The notes under the pieces are model-generated. The model was given only the letters and a program-made list of their open reading frames with translations. It was not told the DNA's origin and did no database searches. Below are positions 1-11,891 of a stretch of DNA of 64,000 nucleotides, piece after piece (within the stretch, counting starts at the first letter, position 1; every line of letters begins with the position of its first letter). This DNA comes from Macrostomum lignano (Eukaryota): assembly GCA_002269645.1 (NCBI GenBank), contig NIVC01000491.1:372001-436000 (forward strand), read 5' to 3'. A program made the translations under genes and the position numbers.

Positions 1-777
1 CTAGGGTGCTGATTTTTGACTTGCCAACGCATCTCGCATGCGTCAAGAGAAAAATAAAGTTTCGTAGCTCTGCGTTGAGTAGAAGTGTCTGTCAGCGAAT
101 GTCAAGCTGGACCCCCAAAATACACTACGGAGATAGGAACACAGTTTGCAGGTGAATAACTCGTACAGGCTTTAAGCTAGGGTGCTGATTTTTGACTTGC
201 CAACGCATCTCGCGTGCGTCAAGAGAAAATAATGTTTTGTAGCTCTGCGTTGAGTAGAAGTGTCTGTCAGCGAATGTCAAGCTGGACCCCCAAAATACAC
301 TACGGAGATAGGAACACAGTTTGCAGGTGAATAACTCGTACAGGCTTTAAGCTAGGGTGCTGATTTTTGACTTGCCAACGCATCTCGCATGCGTCAAGAG
401 AAAAATAAAGTTTCGTAGCTCTGCGTTGAGTAGAAGTGTCTGTCAGCGAATGTCAAGCTGGACCCCCAAAATACACTACGGAGATAGGAACACAGTTTGC
501 AGGTGAATAACTCGTACAGGCTTTAAGCTAGGGTGCTGATTTTTGACTTGCCAACGCATCTCGCATGCGTCAAGAGAAAAATAAAGTTTCGTAGCTCTGC
601 GTTGAGTAGAAGTGTCTGTCAGCGAATGTCAAGCTGGACCCCCAAAATACACTACGGAGATAGGAACACAGTTTGCAGGTGAATAACTCGTACAGGCTTT
701 AAGCTAGGGTGCTGATTTTTGACTTGCCAACGCATCTCGCATGCGTCAAGAGAAAAATAAAGTTTCGTAGCTCTGCG
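1..777. repeat. ~176-bp tandem satellite, about 4.4 near-identical copies (runs off the window start)
   Basis: Unit CTAGGGTGCTGATTTTTGAC...CAGGCTTTAAG restarts at 1, 177, 352, 528 and 704. A degenerate partial copy follows at ~811-850. Confidence 0.97.
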
Positions 778-1916
778 TGTATTTTAAGCCGTTTTGTTGA
801 GTTGCATAATAATACACTAAGGAGATAGGAACAAACTTTATATGTGAATAATTTTTACAGTCTATTTTTAAATGCCGAGATATTTTACGTAGTTTTTTTT
901 CTTGATTGCGTCAAAGTTTTTGTAAAATTTTAAAGCGTTTCGTTCAAGTAAAGAAAAGTTACAGCGGCTTTGTTAAAATTTGAATGTGAATCTGAATGTC
1001 AATCGGGAAATGAATACGTCGTGTGGGCCGATTGCGAAAAATTCTTTTTTTAGAAATAAGCTCTGTTGTCAGAATAACAAAGTGAATAATATAACTAGGA
1101 GTTATTATTAAAGTTTAGGCACCATGAAGATCAAAGTGGTAATCTTAAAAAAATTCATTACGATAACACTGCTAGATTTAGATTTCATGACACTGAAAAG
1201 ATTAGCGTTATACTTCTATCACGCCAAAACTGCACCAAAATTTCACATTGGCAGAAAACTTCAAGCATTCAAACAAGGACGACTGAAGTGATCTATATAT
1301 TTAATTGATTAGTCCTTGTATTCAAATCTAGGAAACTTTCAGAAGATGTGAAATTTATAATCTTGAATAAAATTTTGCTTATTTGATTTTTGACACCGTC
1401 ATCGAAATTCAGATCTGGCGTGTGACGGTGTGGTTCGTAGAAGGCATGTATCATACGGTATTTCATTATTTCGCACACATATCGTACTACTTGTAATCCT
1501 TCATTCATTTTAACAATATTCTATACGTATTAATCGTACGCTTATGTTACTTTTGTACATGATCATAGTTATTTGTCGCCTCGTGTATTTTCACGTGCAT
1601 GCGCATTATTAGTATTTCATGCATATCGTGTTACTTCTCGTAGAGTAGTTTCTGTCTATGTACATGTATTTACTTTGTAATATTCTAGCACGATGTTTTA
1701 TCGATTTGTTTATTGTACATTGCACCTGGGGGGTTGTCTTATTAGGCTTTCTCTTGTTTTTGGGATTAGGCGATCTCAAGCTCAAAATCTCAAATTCTTG
1801 CCATTAAAGATATTTTGTGAGGGCAATTTCCTACTTATCAGTTGGTTTCCAAGACACTTCCTTTGCAATCTAGCCTTCTTTGATAGTGGCCAATTTGCTG
1901 GACGGCTTCCCCATTA

Positions 1917-3460
1917 GCTTCATTCATCTTAACTTAAGCTCCCACCATCCCAACCACAACATGCATGTAGTGCCAAAAATTCTGTTTGAGTCCCTTACCC
2001 CAGGGACGTAATTAGAGCTACCTTTTACAAGAAAGTGAAAACATGTCCTAACTTTAGCCCCCTCTATTTCAACACCAATAGAAAGATAGTGCACGGCTTG
2101 CAAGTGCAACAACGCCTAGGACCACGAGTGCGCGTAGCGCACGAGTGTCTATGGCGTTGTTGCACGCGCAAGCCGTGCTTCTATCACATTATCATATAGA
2201 CTAGCCAACAGTGGCTATTCATTTTTGTCTATGGCAATTTGCAAAGAACAGAGTTGAGGGAGGCAAGGAATATCTTTCTCTCCACTACAGCGCGATATTT
2301 GTTCGTCTCAGTGTGCGTTCATTTGAGAACATGATTCATCTGTCTCAATTCCCGGACAATTGCATAACCGGCTTGACTACGGCGGAAATCGAGAAGCATG
2401 TAGAGCTCATGGACAGAAATTCGTTGATCGAGCGGACGATGTTCGATGATGAGCCGCTCCTACCTACTTTGGAAGAACTGTTCAATCTGATTCCCTGTCA
2501 GCATCGCTGTATGGAGCCAGTACGTCTTCTGCGACCAACGATAAGTCTGTGGCTATCGTCGGACCATCTGGCGATATGAATTCGGCGGGGGATGCTACGT
2601 CTATCTCCGAGGTCCCAAAGCGGGTGGCAAGTGTTGGAATGACGACGTCAGTCCAAAATGTCAAGGTTGACGTTCAAGCATCTTCGGCCGATACTGTTCG
2701 ACCGGAGCTACATATTCATCTGAGTGGTAGTTTCAGCAATTGCAGCTTCAAATTCGGTGATCAGTGAGTCACTGATGAGTACTGAGTGAGTTACTGAGTT
2801 TTCGAGCTACTACTAGAGCACTGACTACTAGACAAAGAGCTCGTTAAAAATGTTCAACTATTTTCTACGTTTGCTTTTCGTAAAATATAAGGTTTGTGTT
2901 GTTGCATTATTGCACGCTGAAAGCCGCCAGCGTGCATTTTTGGCGCATTATTGCACCCTGATTGTCAATTGTCTATGGTAAAATCTCCATTATTTTGACT
3001 CACTTGTTGGCTAGACTATATGATAATGTGCATGTAGTGTCTGTTGCTTGAGTCCCCGATTCTAGGGACTTAAGAGCTTCCTCAAATTCATCTCAAATTT
3101 AGCCCCACGATTCCAACCCCAGAGACGTAAGAGCTCCCCTTAAAAGTGATTCATCTTAACTTTAGCCCCACCACACCCAACCCCAAAGTCCATGTGGTGT
3201 CAAAACTGTTGTTTAAGTACCAAACCCCCAGGGACTTAAGAGCTCCAGCCCCTGCATTGAAAAGTGAAAACATTCATCCTAACATTAGCCCCCACCACCC
3301 AGCCACAACGTGCTCTCTGTTGCTTAAGTCTCCAAATCCTTGCATGGATACGAGCTCTTTAAAAATGATAAAATATTCATATAAACTTTAGCCCCTACCA
3401 CCCAACCACAACGTGGACATGGCATGGAAAATCTATGTTGATGCTTGAGTCCTAAATTTC
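1917..3460. repeat. Degenerate minisatellite interrupted by a ~950-bp insertion
   Basis: Motifs TTCATCTTAACTTTAGCCCC, CCCAACCACAAC, GCTTGAGTCC and AGGGACTTAAGAGCT recur on both sides of 2078-3030. Confidence 0.7.
2078..3030 (+). mobile_element. Putative non-autonomous Crypton-like (tyrosine recombinase family) element
   Basis: Left ~100-bp hairpin (2085-2185) with core CACGAGTGCGCGTAGCGCACGAGTG. A ~30-bp inverted repeat pair lies at 2185-2213 and 3001-3030. A perfect 9-8-9 palindrome is at 2911-2936. The residual ORF ends LHIHLSGSFSNCSFKF, like Crypton/DUF3504 C-termini. Confidence 0.5.
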
Positions 3461-4059
3461 AGGTGGCCGTATGAATAAAGTGAGTAGTTGCTCACACTCG
3501 ACGAGATTCTCAAATAAGTATGAATAAAATGAGTGCGTCCTCCTGAGCAAGTGCTCAAAATCAATTTCCAAAGAGTTTGTGCTCTTTCCGTGAGCAAATG
3601 CTCAGTGACTGAGTAGTGACTCGCTTCAGTATGAATAAACTCTGGTCATAGACAAATTGTCTTGAGATCTTGCTCAGCAAAAGTTGAGTCTCCTCTGTAG
3701 TAGACTCACTGGTTGAGCAGCATCCAGCCACTGCTTTGAAAGTGAATTTTCCAGCCACTGCCTGCCACTGGCTACTTGTGTTATTCCAGATGGCCGAATT
3801 CATTCCAGACAGAGTGCCTGCGGAGCGAAAACTATATACTGTATGAAGCGACACAGTATGGACGTGTATCGCGACGATGAGTATAAGCGGCTCTTTCGTT
3901 TCTCTAGTGAAAGTGTTGGATTTCTGGGATCTTGTCGTCGTCAGTTTCTAACGGTCCCATCTCTGTTGAATTCCTGTTGAAATCAAACTGACGCAAAGCT
4001 AAGCTAAGTCAGTTTCTACTTCGAGACAGACGCTAGGACGAAAGATAAGGAGATTTATA

Positions 4060-5817
4060 TACCTTTTTGCAATCAATTTCGTCGTTTTTGCGTTCAATTT
4101 CGGCGCGAGCGATAGTGTGCAGTCCAAACAACTGAGCCATAGACACTGGGCAACTTTTGCGTTCAAATTCGGCCTTTTTGCGTCCCGGCAGCGCAATCGG
4201 CAGCGCAATCACATGGGTACTGTGGGCACAGTTCTAATGTTTTTGCCATAGACACTTTCTCACTCGATCGCGTTCAGTGAGGGTGGGATGAAAAATTTGT
4301 CTCCTAAAGCAGGCCTATAGTCGTCTCCGCAAGTATGTTTCGGTGTTTTTACTTTCTGCTCCCGGCTAGAATGCCTCCAAGAGGACAATACACGCGCGTC
4401 ACGACAGTTGATCGACAGAGACTGATCGCAGCTTACGACTCCAATGCAGACTGGCGAGCGCTCGCTCGTGTGCTGGGCTTTGCGCGCCAAACTGCGGCAA
4501 GCATTATCAAAGCCTACGCTGACCAGGGCAGAGCGGACCCTCTTCCAAAAGGCGGAGCAAAGAGGCGTCGCTTGACAGATGAGATGGCGAATGCGATCAC
4601 CGAATTCCTGGAGACACAACCTGGCGCAACACTGGCGCAGATGAGGAACCACATCCTGCAGGGATTCCCCAATCTAGTGAATGTGTCACTGTCTGCCATC
4701 AGCCGTGCACTGGATGGAAGACTCATCACTCTCAAGCTCATGAGAGGGAATCCAGTGGATTGGAACACTCCCGTGACCAAGGAGGCCCGCCGCATGCATG
4801 CTGAGTGGATGCTGGCCGAAGGCGTCCATCGCCACACGATCTGGCTTGACGAGTTCGGTGTCAATCTGTGGACACTCCGCAGTCAGGGCTGGGCTCCACG
4901 AGGCCAGCGTGCCGTCTCGGTTTTGAATGGCCAGCGAGGGCAGAACCTAACCATCTGCCTGGTCATCTCGCCTGTGTACGGCCTGATTCACCTGACCACT
5001 ATACAGGGAGGCTTCACCAACGCCCATTTCGCAGACTTTCTAACCGAGTTGGATGTCCTGTTAGAGGAGGAATTCGTGCTCATGGTTGATGGCGCTCGTG
5101 CGCACCTGAACGTGCCAGGATTGGGTGAAGGTCATGAGTGCCGGTTTCTGCCCCCGTATTCACCATTCCTAAATGCCGCTGAGCAGGCAGGCTCATGCCT
5201 GAAGGCAGCGCTGAAGCGCGCTCTCTCGTCGCCTGCGGTGCAGCGGGAGGCCGGCGATCAGACCGCTGCACAAGCAGCGGGTATCTCTTTGCAGCAAAAT
5301 CGACTCCGGCTGCTGCAACGCTTGGTGCGCATTGCAGCGCAGGACATTACACCGTTCAAGTGTCTGCAATGGGTGAACCACGGCCAGACGTACGTGCAGC
5401 GTTGCCTGGATGCCGAGGATATTTTGGCTTAAGTGATGCGACCCAACGAAACTCTGTATACTCTGTGGACTAAAATCTGTTTCTAATAGACTGTTTGTTT
5501 TAACTGTTTTAATAGTCTAGTTGTTTCTTATTTGTATTGTCCTTTATTGTCTCCTACACTGTTTAAGTCTAGTTGTTTCTTATTTGTATTGTCCTTTATT
5601 GTTCATGCGTATCCATGGTTATTTTGTGGCGGCGAGGCTAGTTTCTGTAATTTCAAATGGAGAATGTATGATGCCGTAAGCTGCCGAAATAGGACGCAAA
5701 ACGGCCGAATTTGAACGCAAAAGTTGCCCAGTGTCTATGGCTCAGTTGTTTGGACTGCACACTAGCGCTCGCGCCGAAATTGAACGCAAAAACGACGAAA
5801 TTGATTGCAAAAAGGTA
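4060..5817 (+). mobile_element. Full-length IS630/Tc1/mariner-superfamily transposon with ~125-bp TIRs and TA(TA) target duplication
   Basis: TIRs at 4062-4186 and 5692-5815 are near-perfect inverted copies, each flanked by TATA (4058-4061, 5816-5819). The boundary is ambiguous by 2 nt. One intact transposase ORF lies inside. Confidence 0.93.
4371..5432 (+). CDS. IS630/Tc1-like DDE transposase, intact, DD30E triad
   Basis: N-terminal HTH region, then IWLDE, LMVDGARAH and LPPYSPFLNAAE, with 30 residues between the second D and the E. First ATG at 4371; the ORF track opens at 4335. Confidence 0.93.
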   Translation: MPPRGQYTRVTTVDRQRLIAAYDSNADWRALARVLGFARQTAASIIKAYADQGRADPLPKGGAKRRRLTDEMANAITEFLETQPGATLAQMRNHILQGFPNLVNVSLSAISRALDGRLITLKLMRGNPVDWNTPVTKEARRMHAEWMLAEGVHRHTIWLDEFGVNLWTLRSQGWAPRGQRAVSVLNGQRGQNLTICLVISPVYGLIHLTTIQGGFTNAHFADFLTELDVLLEEEFVLMVDGARAHLNVPGLGEGHECRFLPPYSPFLNAAEQAGSCLKAALKRALSSPAVQREAGDQTAAQAAGISLQQNRLRLLQRLVRIAAQDITPFKCLQWVNHGQTYVQRCLDAEDILA

Positions 5818-6299
5818 TACTATACGACACACGAGAGACGCCGGGGACCGCTTTCTCTTCGTCTATGGCCAAGAGGTGCCAAGCAGTTACTCAAAATGAG
5901 GAGCAAAGCATCGAGAAATTTCTTTATTCATATGAACATTGAGCAACTGCTCCAGATCAGAGCAGTTGCTCGAGTTCGAGCTCTTGCACAATCTCAGAGT
6001 TTGAGGTTAAACTCGCCAGTTATTGCTCACTTTATTGATATGGCCAAGTGAAATACTTTTAAATGTGGGTTTCGGCTCTCTGTCGGATCTGCGTCCGAAT
6101 GCTCTAAGCTGAGGCAATAAGCGGCAAGTCCTACTCAGTGTTTTCCTGCGGTGTTATACCCTCTCTTCTAATGTTACTCGTATATTTCAATCTAAGCCAC
6201 TGATGACAATTCGCTGTATCATCTATCGTTTTGATCTATTATACGAGCTACCCCCGCAATCCGAAACTTTAGTACCAAGTCGGGTTTTAGACAATGCTC

Positions 6300-8640
6300 C
6301 AAATTGTCAAGGAATCATTTAATGCAAAATCTTCAACACCGACACCGAGTGCCTAGTAGCCCGCTCTGTCGACATGGCAAACCAGTCAAACCATGTGCTG
6401 GTCCGATTACTTAACAGTAGTGACCGACCAACCCAGATTGAGCGAGGACAGGAAATAGCATCGTTCCAGGAACTAGGCCAAGACACGGTAGTAGTACAAA
6501 CAACACTTAACGAACAAGACTTTTCTATTGACAACGTTGACAATTTAAATAGCAAGATAGCTAAACTACCACATCCAGATCGGGGTATTACAGCATGGTT
6601 AACAAAACAATTTCGCTTAGACCAGGCAAAATTCACAACAAAGCAGCTGGGTCAAACTCTCCGGTTATTGAATTATTTTATGGGACAAATCTCACAGAAT
6701 GACACTGATCTGGGGCGAACTCGTCTTCACGAGATGCCTATTGAGCTCATCGACAGGGACACTCGTCCAGTGGCTCTGCCATCAAGACGTACTACACCAG
6801 CTCAGAAAGAATTTCTAGACCAACATGTGGCACAGATGTTAGATCAGGGTATCATCGAGGAGTGTGACTCCGATTGGGCTTCGCCCATCGTGTTGGTGAA
6901 AAAAAGGATGGCTCCCAGCGCCTGTGCGTTGACTATCGCGCAGTGAATAAACTAATCAGACCATGCAGTTTCCCTCTGCCTCTCATCGAGGAATCTTTCG
7001 ATAGCTTGGCGGGGTCAACAGCATTTAGTAGCTTAGACCTCACATCTGCCTATTGGCAAGTAGACAACCGGGAGGCAGATCGCGACTACACGGCATTCAC
7101 ATTGTCCCCAAGGCACCTTCCGCTGGACGGTATTGCCATTCAGCATTAAGACAGCCCCAGCAAACTTTGCGAAACTCATGCATAAAGTCTTTAGACCACT
7201 ACTAATGAAAGTTAGTCTTGTATATTTAGACGACATAATCGTGAAGGCTTGCAGTAACGAGTAGATGATCGTTCACCTTGCTCTGGTTTTGTGGCAATTG
7301 CGAAAGGCTAATCTTAAAGTAAAGCCCACTAAGTGCTAACTTTTTCGGGAGAAAGTAAAGTTCCTAGGATTTATCGTGTCTGCCAGCGGTATCGAGGCTG
7401 ACCCAGAAAAGACACAGGCAGTGCAAGCGTGGTGTACACCAACAGACAAGAGACAACTACTGTCGTTTCTAGGCTTTGCGAATTACTATCGCAAGTTTGT
7501 ACCCCGCTTCTCAATAATCGCTATGCCTCTTTACGCATTGGCCAAGGGCTCAGAAAAATTTATCTGGCTGGAAGGTCACGAGAAGGCTTTCCAGGAACTT
7601 AAACAGAGCCTGTGCTCTCCTCCAACTCTGGTATACCCCCCTTCTTTCACCCACGGGGCGCGAATTCATTCATCCTAGACTGTGACAGCTCACTTGATGG
7701 CGCCGTGCTGTCGCAGATCGGGGTTGATGGTGCCGAGCATGTTATAGCCTACGCATCAAAAAAATTCTCGACAAGCCAGCGCATCTATTGCGCTACGATG
7801 CGTGAACTCTTAGCCTTAGTCCTGATGCTCGAGCACTTCCGCGTTTACTTACTCGACAAGCCGTTTATAGTGAGGGTAGATGCAGCAGCCCTGAAATGGT
7901 TACATTCGAAAAAACAAGCGACAGGAATGCTTGCGCAATGGTTAGCGACGATTGAACTGTATGAATTCGAACTTGATCAGTCAACACTAGAGAGAATTGC
8001 CGAATACGACTTCGAGGTCGAATACACGCCTGGGAAGGAGCATGTTGTGGCCGACGCGTTGAGTCGCAATCCAAAATTTCGGTCGGATCACTTCGACTGC
8101 CCAACTTGTTCCAAGGTTCCGGCGTTCCAACAAAAGTATAGGGCAAATCAAAAGCAGCAGGTAGAGCGCAGTGACATTTCCGAAACAGTCAGCTGCCCTT
8201 GCTTGTCAGGTGCATGTAAGGCCACTCACGGTTGAAGCTAATTGTCAGACAGAAGCTGATGAGGCTGCAGCTGTGCAATATTTGACACAAGCGGTTCAGG
8301 TAGACACATTGGTGACGGAAGAAACACCCCAGAGGGCGGAGCGGCCAGGGTTAGTCCCTCTCGAAACACCTGCAGCCGTGGGCACAGAATCGCCAGGGGT
8401 CGACAAAGACGGTGGGGATGACAACTTCCAGAGGAATCACGAGTAGGCCAGAGAAGCTCAAGAATCGTGCATGGACATAGTCCGACTGATCTCTAGTGTT
8501 GAAGGGAAAGCAATTAAACTAACTAAGGCTGAGTTGCAAGATTGTAGTAGGGAAATCAGAACGTCATGGGATCAGTTTGAGAAACTTTCGGTCGAAATGG
8601 TCTGTTATACCCACCAAGACCGGTTAAATCTAAGGTTAAT
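6300..8640 (+). pseudogene. Degenerate Gypsy/Ty3 pol fragment (RT, RNase H; integrase largely missing)
   Basis: Motifs SDWASPIVLVKK, RLCVDYR, FSSLDLTSAYWQ, VYLDDII (~7220), LLSFLGFANYYRKFV, YCATMRELLA and EHVVADALSR, spread over several frames with stops. Confidence 0.93.
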
Positions 8641-8827
8641 TCTAGTAGTCACAATCTCCCAATCCCTTTTAATCACACCCTCCTAATCAAATTTATTTCA
8701 AAATACAAAATTTACGCATAGTTTGCTTTATTATATCATTGTTTGTTGTACCTGTACACATATTTCATATCTATTTACGCCATTCTCAATTTTTTAATGT
8801 ATCTATCGTCACTTTTGTTAAATAAAC

Positions 8828-11036
8828 TGATGTAACCACGCTCTGGTCGCGGGATAGGGCATGGGAACTTTTTCGAAAGTGCCTCCTATCCCGTGCACCC
8901 CCTGCACAGAGCTGTCGAGACTCGGCCAGGTCTCCGACCAGGCCTGGAGACTCCCGCTCTGCTGCACCCCTCCTGCTGCCTTGGTTCCGTCTCCCCTGCT
9001 GCCACACCTGCCTTTCCGGAGCTCCCTACCCCTTTCTGTACCTCCCCCTCTACCCTATCTCTTCTGTTTTCCGCCCTATTCTTCCTGTACTTTCCCTATC
9101 CCCCCTCTTTTAGTCTCCCTCTGCACTCTTTTCCTGCGCTGTCCCCTCTTTCCCTGTGTCTACTTACAGTATTTTGTGTGCTCACCGTCTCCCCATCCCC
9201 TCCCAAACTCCCAAACGGTGACGCAAGTCGTGTGACCCCTTCTCCCCCTCGGTGACTCATCGATGACTCATCCCCCTCTCTTGCGCAATCTTTTCTGACG
9301 CCATTGTTCTCCTTCCCAAATTTCTCATGCGACACCCACCCCACCTCCGCTTCTATTGCTCTCGTTTTTGATTCTTTTGTTCTCTCGACCCCCACCAATT
9401 ATCACATTTTCTCCGATTTTCTCTTTCTTTTGTTCTCGTTTTCGCACCTAATTATCACCTTTTCCCCAATGTTTACTTTTCCATTGTTCTCAGTTCTCCC
9501 CAATTATCCCCAATTTCCAATTCCTTTGTTCTCGACCCCAGCCCTATTGTTCTCAATGTTTGCTTGCGCAACACTTTCGCGACCACCCGCTGCGCCAATT
9601 ATCCCCCCACCCCACCTCCGGATTGCGCAATTTCCCGATTTCTCATGTTGCTATGCCGGTCTCATGCTTCTCATCATGACTCATTCTGACGTCATTCTGC
9701 CGGCAGCCAATCAGAGAGAGGGAGCCATGGTAACGACCTTGAGGAGGCGGCTGTGAGGTCTATAAAAGGAAGCGATTTCGGCATGAGAATTCTCAACCTT
9801 TCGGCTCCTCGTCCTTCTTTGGACTTGCTGTCAGACTGAGTTCTGACCCATTCGTCTATAAGAGGAATCCCTGCCGGTCCGCGGTCTGTTACCGCCAAGT
9901 TATCCTTAGCTCCCCAAGTGAGCTCGCCTATCGGCCAGCGGTCTGAAACCGCCCAGCATCATCAGCATCGCCTGATCTACATCAGCGCCTCGTCGCTCCA
10001 GCGCATCGCCGCTTCACCGTCTGCTTGACTGCAGCCTACAGCCGCCCTCGGTCACTCCGCCTCTCTCTCTCTCTCTCTGTGCAGCTGCCGGTAAGTTCCT
10101 ATTACTAATTTGTGCTCTAATTGCCTCTGCTTATCCGGGGTTTGCCTATTTTCCATTGTCTGATTAGAGAGCTGAGCCAATTGTGATACCGTACTTTTTT
10201 CTGTATTTTACTCAATAGTGAAGCCGCCTAATTGCCTGATTATTCGCCTAAGGGCCTAATTATTAACTATTAACTAACTCCATCATTATTCACTCTTTAA
10301 CCATCATTTCACTCATGGCTTGCTAAGCCTTTCTCCCGGGGTGGCAAATCATAAGGAAGTTGGGTAAGCTAATGGCCTCTCCCCGTGCAAAGCCCGCCTG
10401 TGAGTGCGTGCTGCGGGGCCGTGTGTGCGTGCAGTAGAGGGACTAGCTAGTCTTGGCACAGAATGGCATTAGGAAGGTTGCAACCCCATGCTGACGCGTC
10501 CCTTCGCCCTGAGCAATCTAAACTATAGACAGTACATGTTCGCCTCATACTACTCTTAGTAATCGAAGTCGCAAGTTAGCCTCGCTCACAGCCACAAAGG
10601 ATCCCCTGCTGAGAAATCCTCCAGATTGAGCCCAGAGTTCCCGATCATGCCCCAAGCAGAGTCCCTGTACTCGGCTGCATGTGTCTCCCCTGTTAGCCTA
10701 AATCTCCTGGTAACCATCCCAGGCGGGGCTCTAGCCTCGAGAGGTCTGGTAGAAAGATCCAGGTGCGCCAGGTCACATAGAGTGGTGGCAGCCACTCGGT
10801 CATACTATGACCGAGTGACCAACTATTGCACCTTGGCTACAGGTGGGGTCCATGTGGGTCCTTGGCCCTCTGGTCACGAAGCGCTACCAAAGCTAACAAT
10901 CATGTGGGCGGGACAGTCTGGTGCTGGAGGTCCGTCAAGCCATTGCCCGGTCATAGGCAGCCTACGGTCATTGCCCCCTCTAGTCATGCGTTCGTCTCTC
11001 CAACGGAGCGGACAGGCGACAAGGGCGGTTACATCA
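8828..11036 (+). mobile_element. Solo LTR (2.2 kb) of an LTR retrotransposon
   Basis: Termini TGATGTAACC and GGTTACATCA form a 10-bp inverted repeat (TG..CA). A 4-bp TSD AAAC is at 8824-8827 and 11037-11040. CT-rich U3-like part, TATA-like CTATAAAAGG at ~9760 and donor-like GGTAAGT at ~10090. Confidence 0.8.
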
Positions 11037-11513
11037 AAACTGTTAACTGATTATTCAGCAAGTTTTTTATATGGTTGAAATTCGCTTTGGAAGCCTGAAA
11101 TAATGGCGTTTTTTGGACAATCATTAAGACTCGGGTGGCCCATAGAACAATTATCTCTATCTCATCTAGTGCAATAATCTATGTCTCAGCTAGTGCTGTC
11201 GGATTTCCATCCTCCAAATATTTGTACTTTCTGTTTTGCAATTCAGCCTCGGTACTTTTCAGTTAGCCATACTAACCATACTCTTCCCAACAGACAATCT
11301 AAACCATGGATGATTAAAACCATGGTTTGATCGTCTGCCTTAAATTTAGGGGTGCAATTTTGCCTCGCAAAGCCCCAGTTCGCACCGATTGGCTACTGAA
11401 GATTTCTTAGTTGTCTATGGTAAAAACGTAAGCTGCAGTGCTGATTCATAACCCTTCCTGAGAGCTGTCGAATTCTCGAGTCCGTATTTCCTCAGTCAAG
11501 CAGTGGTCTGCAG

Positions 11514-11891
11514 ATGGCTGCAAGGATTAAAAGAAGCTGTTCAGCCAAATCGTGCACATCAAGTTCGAAAACTTTCAACAACTGCGATGGCCTGTCTTTA
11601 TTTGCATATCCGATCAAAGATGCACAGAGGCTGGCTGTTTGGCTCGACAACGTTGAAAGAGATCGAGGATTCGCACCGACATCTAACAGGTACCTGTGTG
11701 AGCTCCATTTCAAGAACGAATATTTTTTTACTTTGCCACAGGGTAGCCAAGCTCCCGGTAAGAGTAGAAAAAGATTGAGACCGGGAGCGGTTCCGAAATA
11801 CGATGTCCCGATCCTCCAGTCCTGCAGCGCTTTGATGCTGAAGACCCAGTTGAACCAACACGGAGATCTCGCATTGGCAAACAAAGCTTGA
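11514..11891 (+). CDS. THAP (C2CH) DNA-binding domain ORF, probably the truncated N-terminus of a THAP-type transposase
   Basis: CSAKSC...LFAYP...W...YLCELHF...RLRPGAVP matches the THAP signature. No catalytic domain follows in frame. Confidence 0.8.
   Translation: MAARIKRSCSAKSCTSSSKTFNNCDGLSLFAYPIKDAQRLAVWLDNVERDRGFAPTSNRYLCELHFKNEYFFTLPQGSQAPGKSRKRLRPGAVPKYDVPILQSCSALMLKTQLNQHGDLALANKA

Larger units (their letters stand above)
3465..6045. mobile_element. Harbinger/PIF-like non-autonomous DNA transposon hosting the Tc1/IS630 insertion
   Basis: TIRs GGCCGTATGAATAAAGTGAG (3465) and CTCACTTTATTGATATGGCC (6045) match 18/20. Subterminal GAGCAnnTGCTC palindromes occur at both ends. Fragment MDVYRDDEYKRLFRFSSESVGFL (~3858-3925) resembles a HARBI1-type N-terminus. 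No clean TSD. Confidence 0.55.

Noticed and set aside
1293-1508. 71-aa ORF with faint resemblance to a Helitron Rep-Hel linker (PDLNFDDGVKNQ)
   Set aside because: Too short and too weak, with no Rep or Pif1 motifs nearby.
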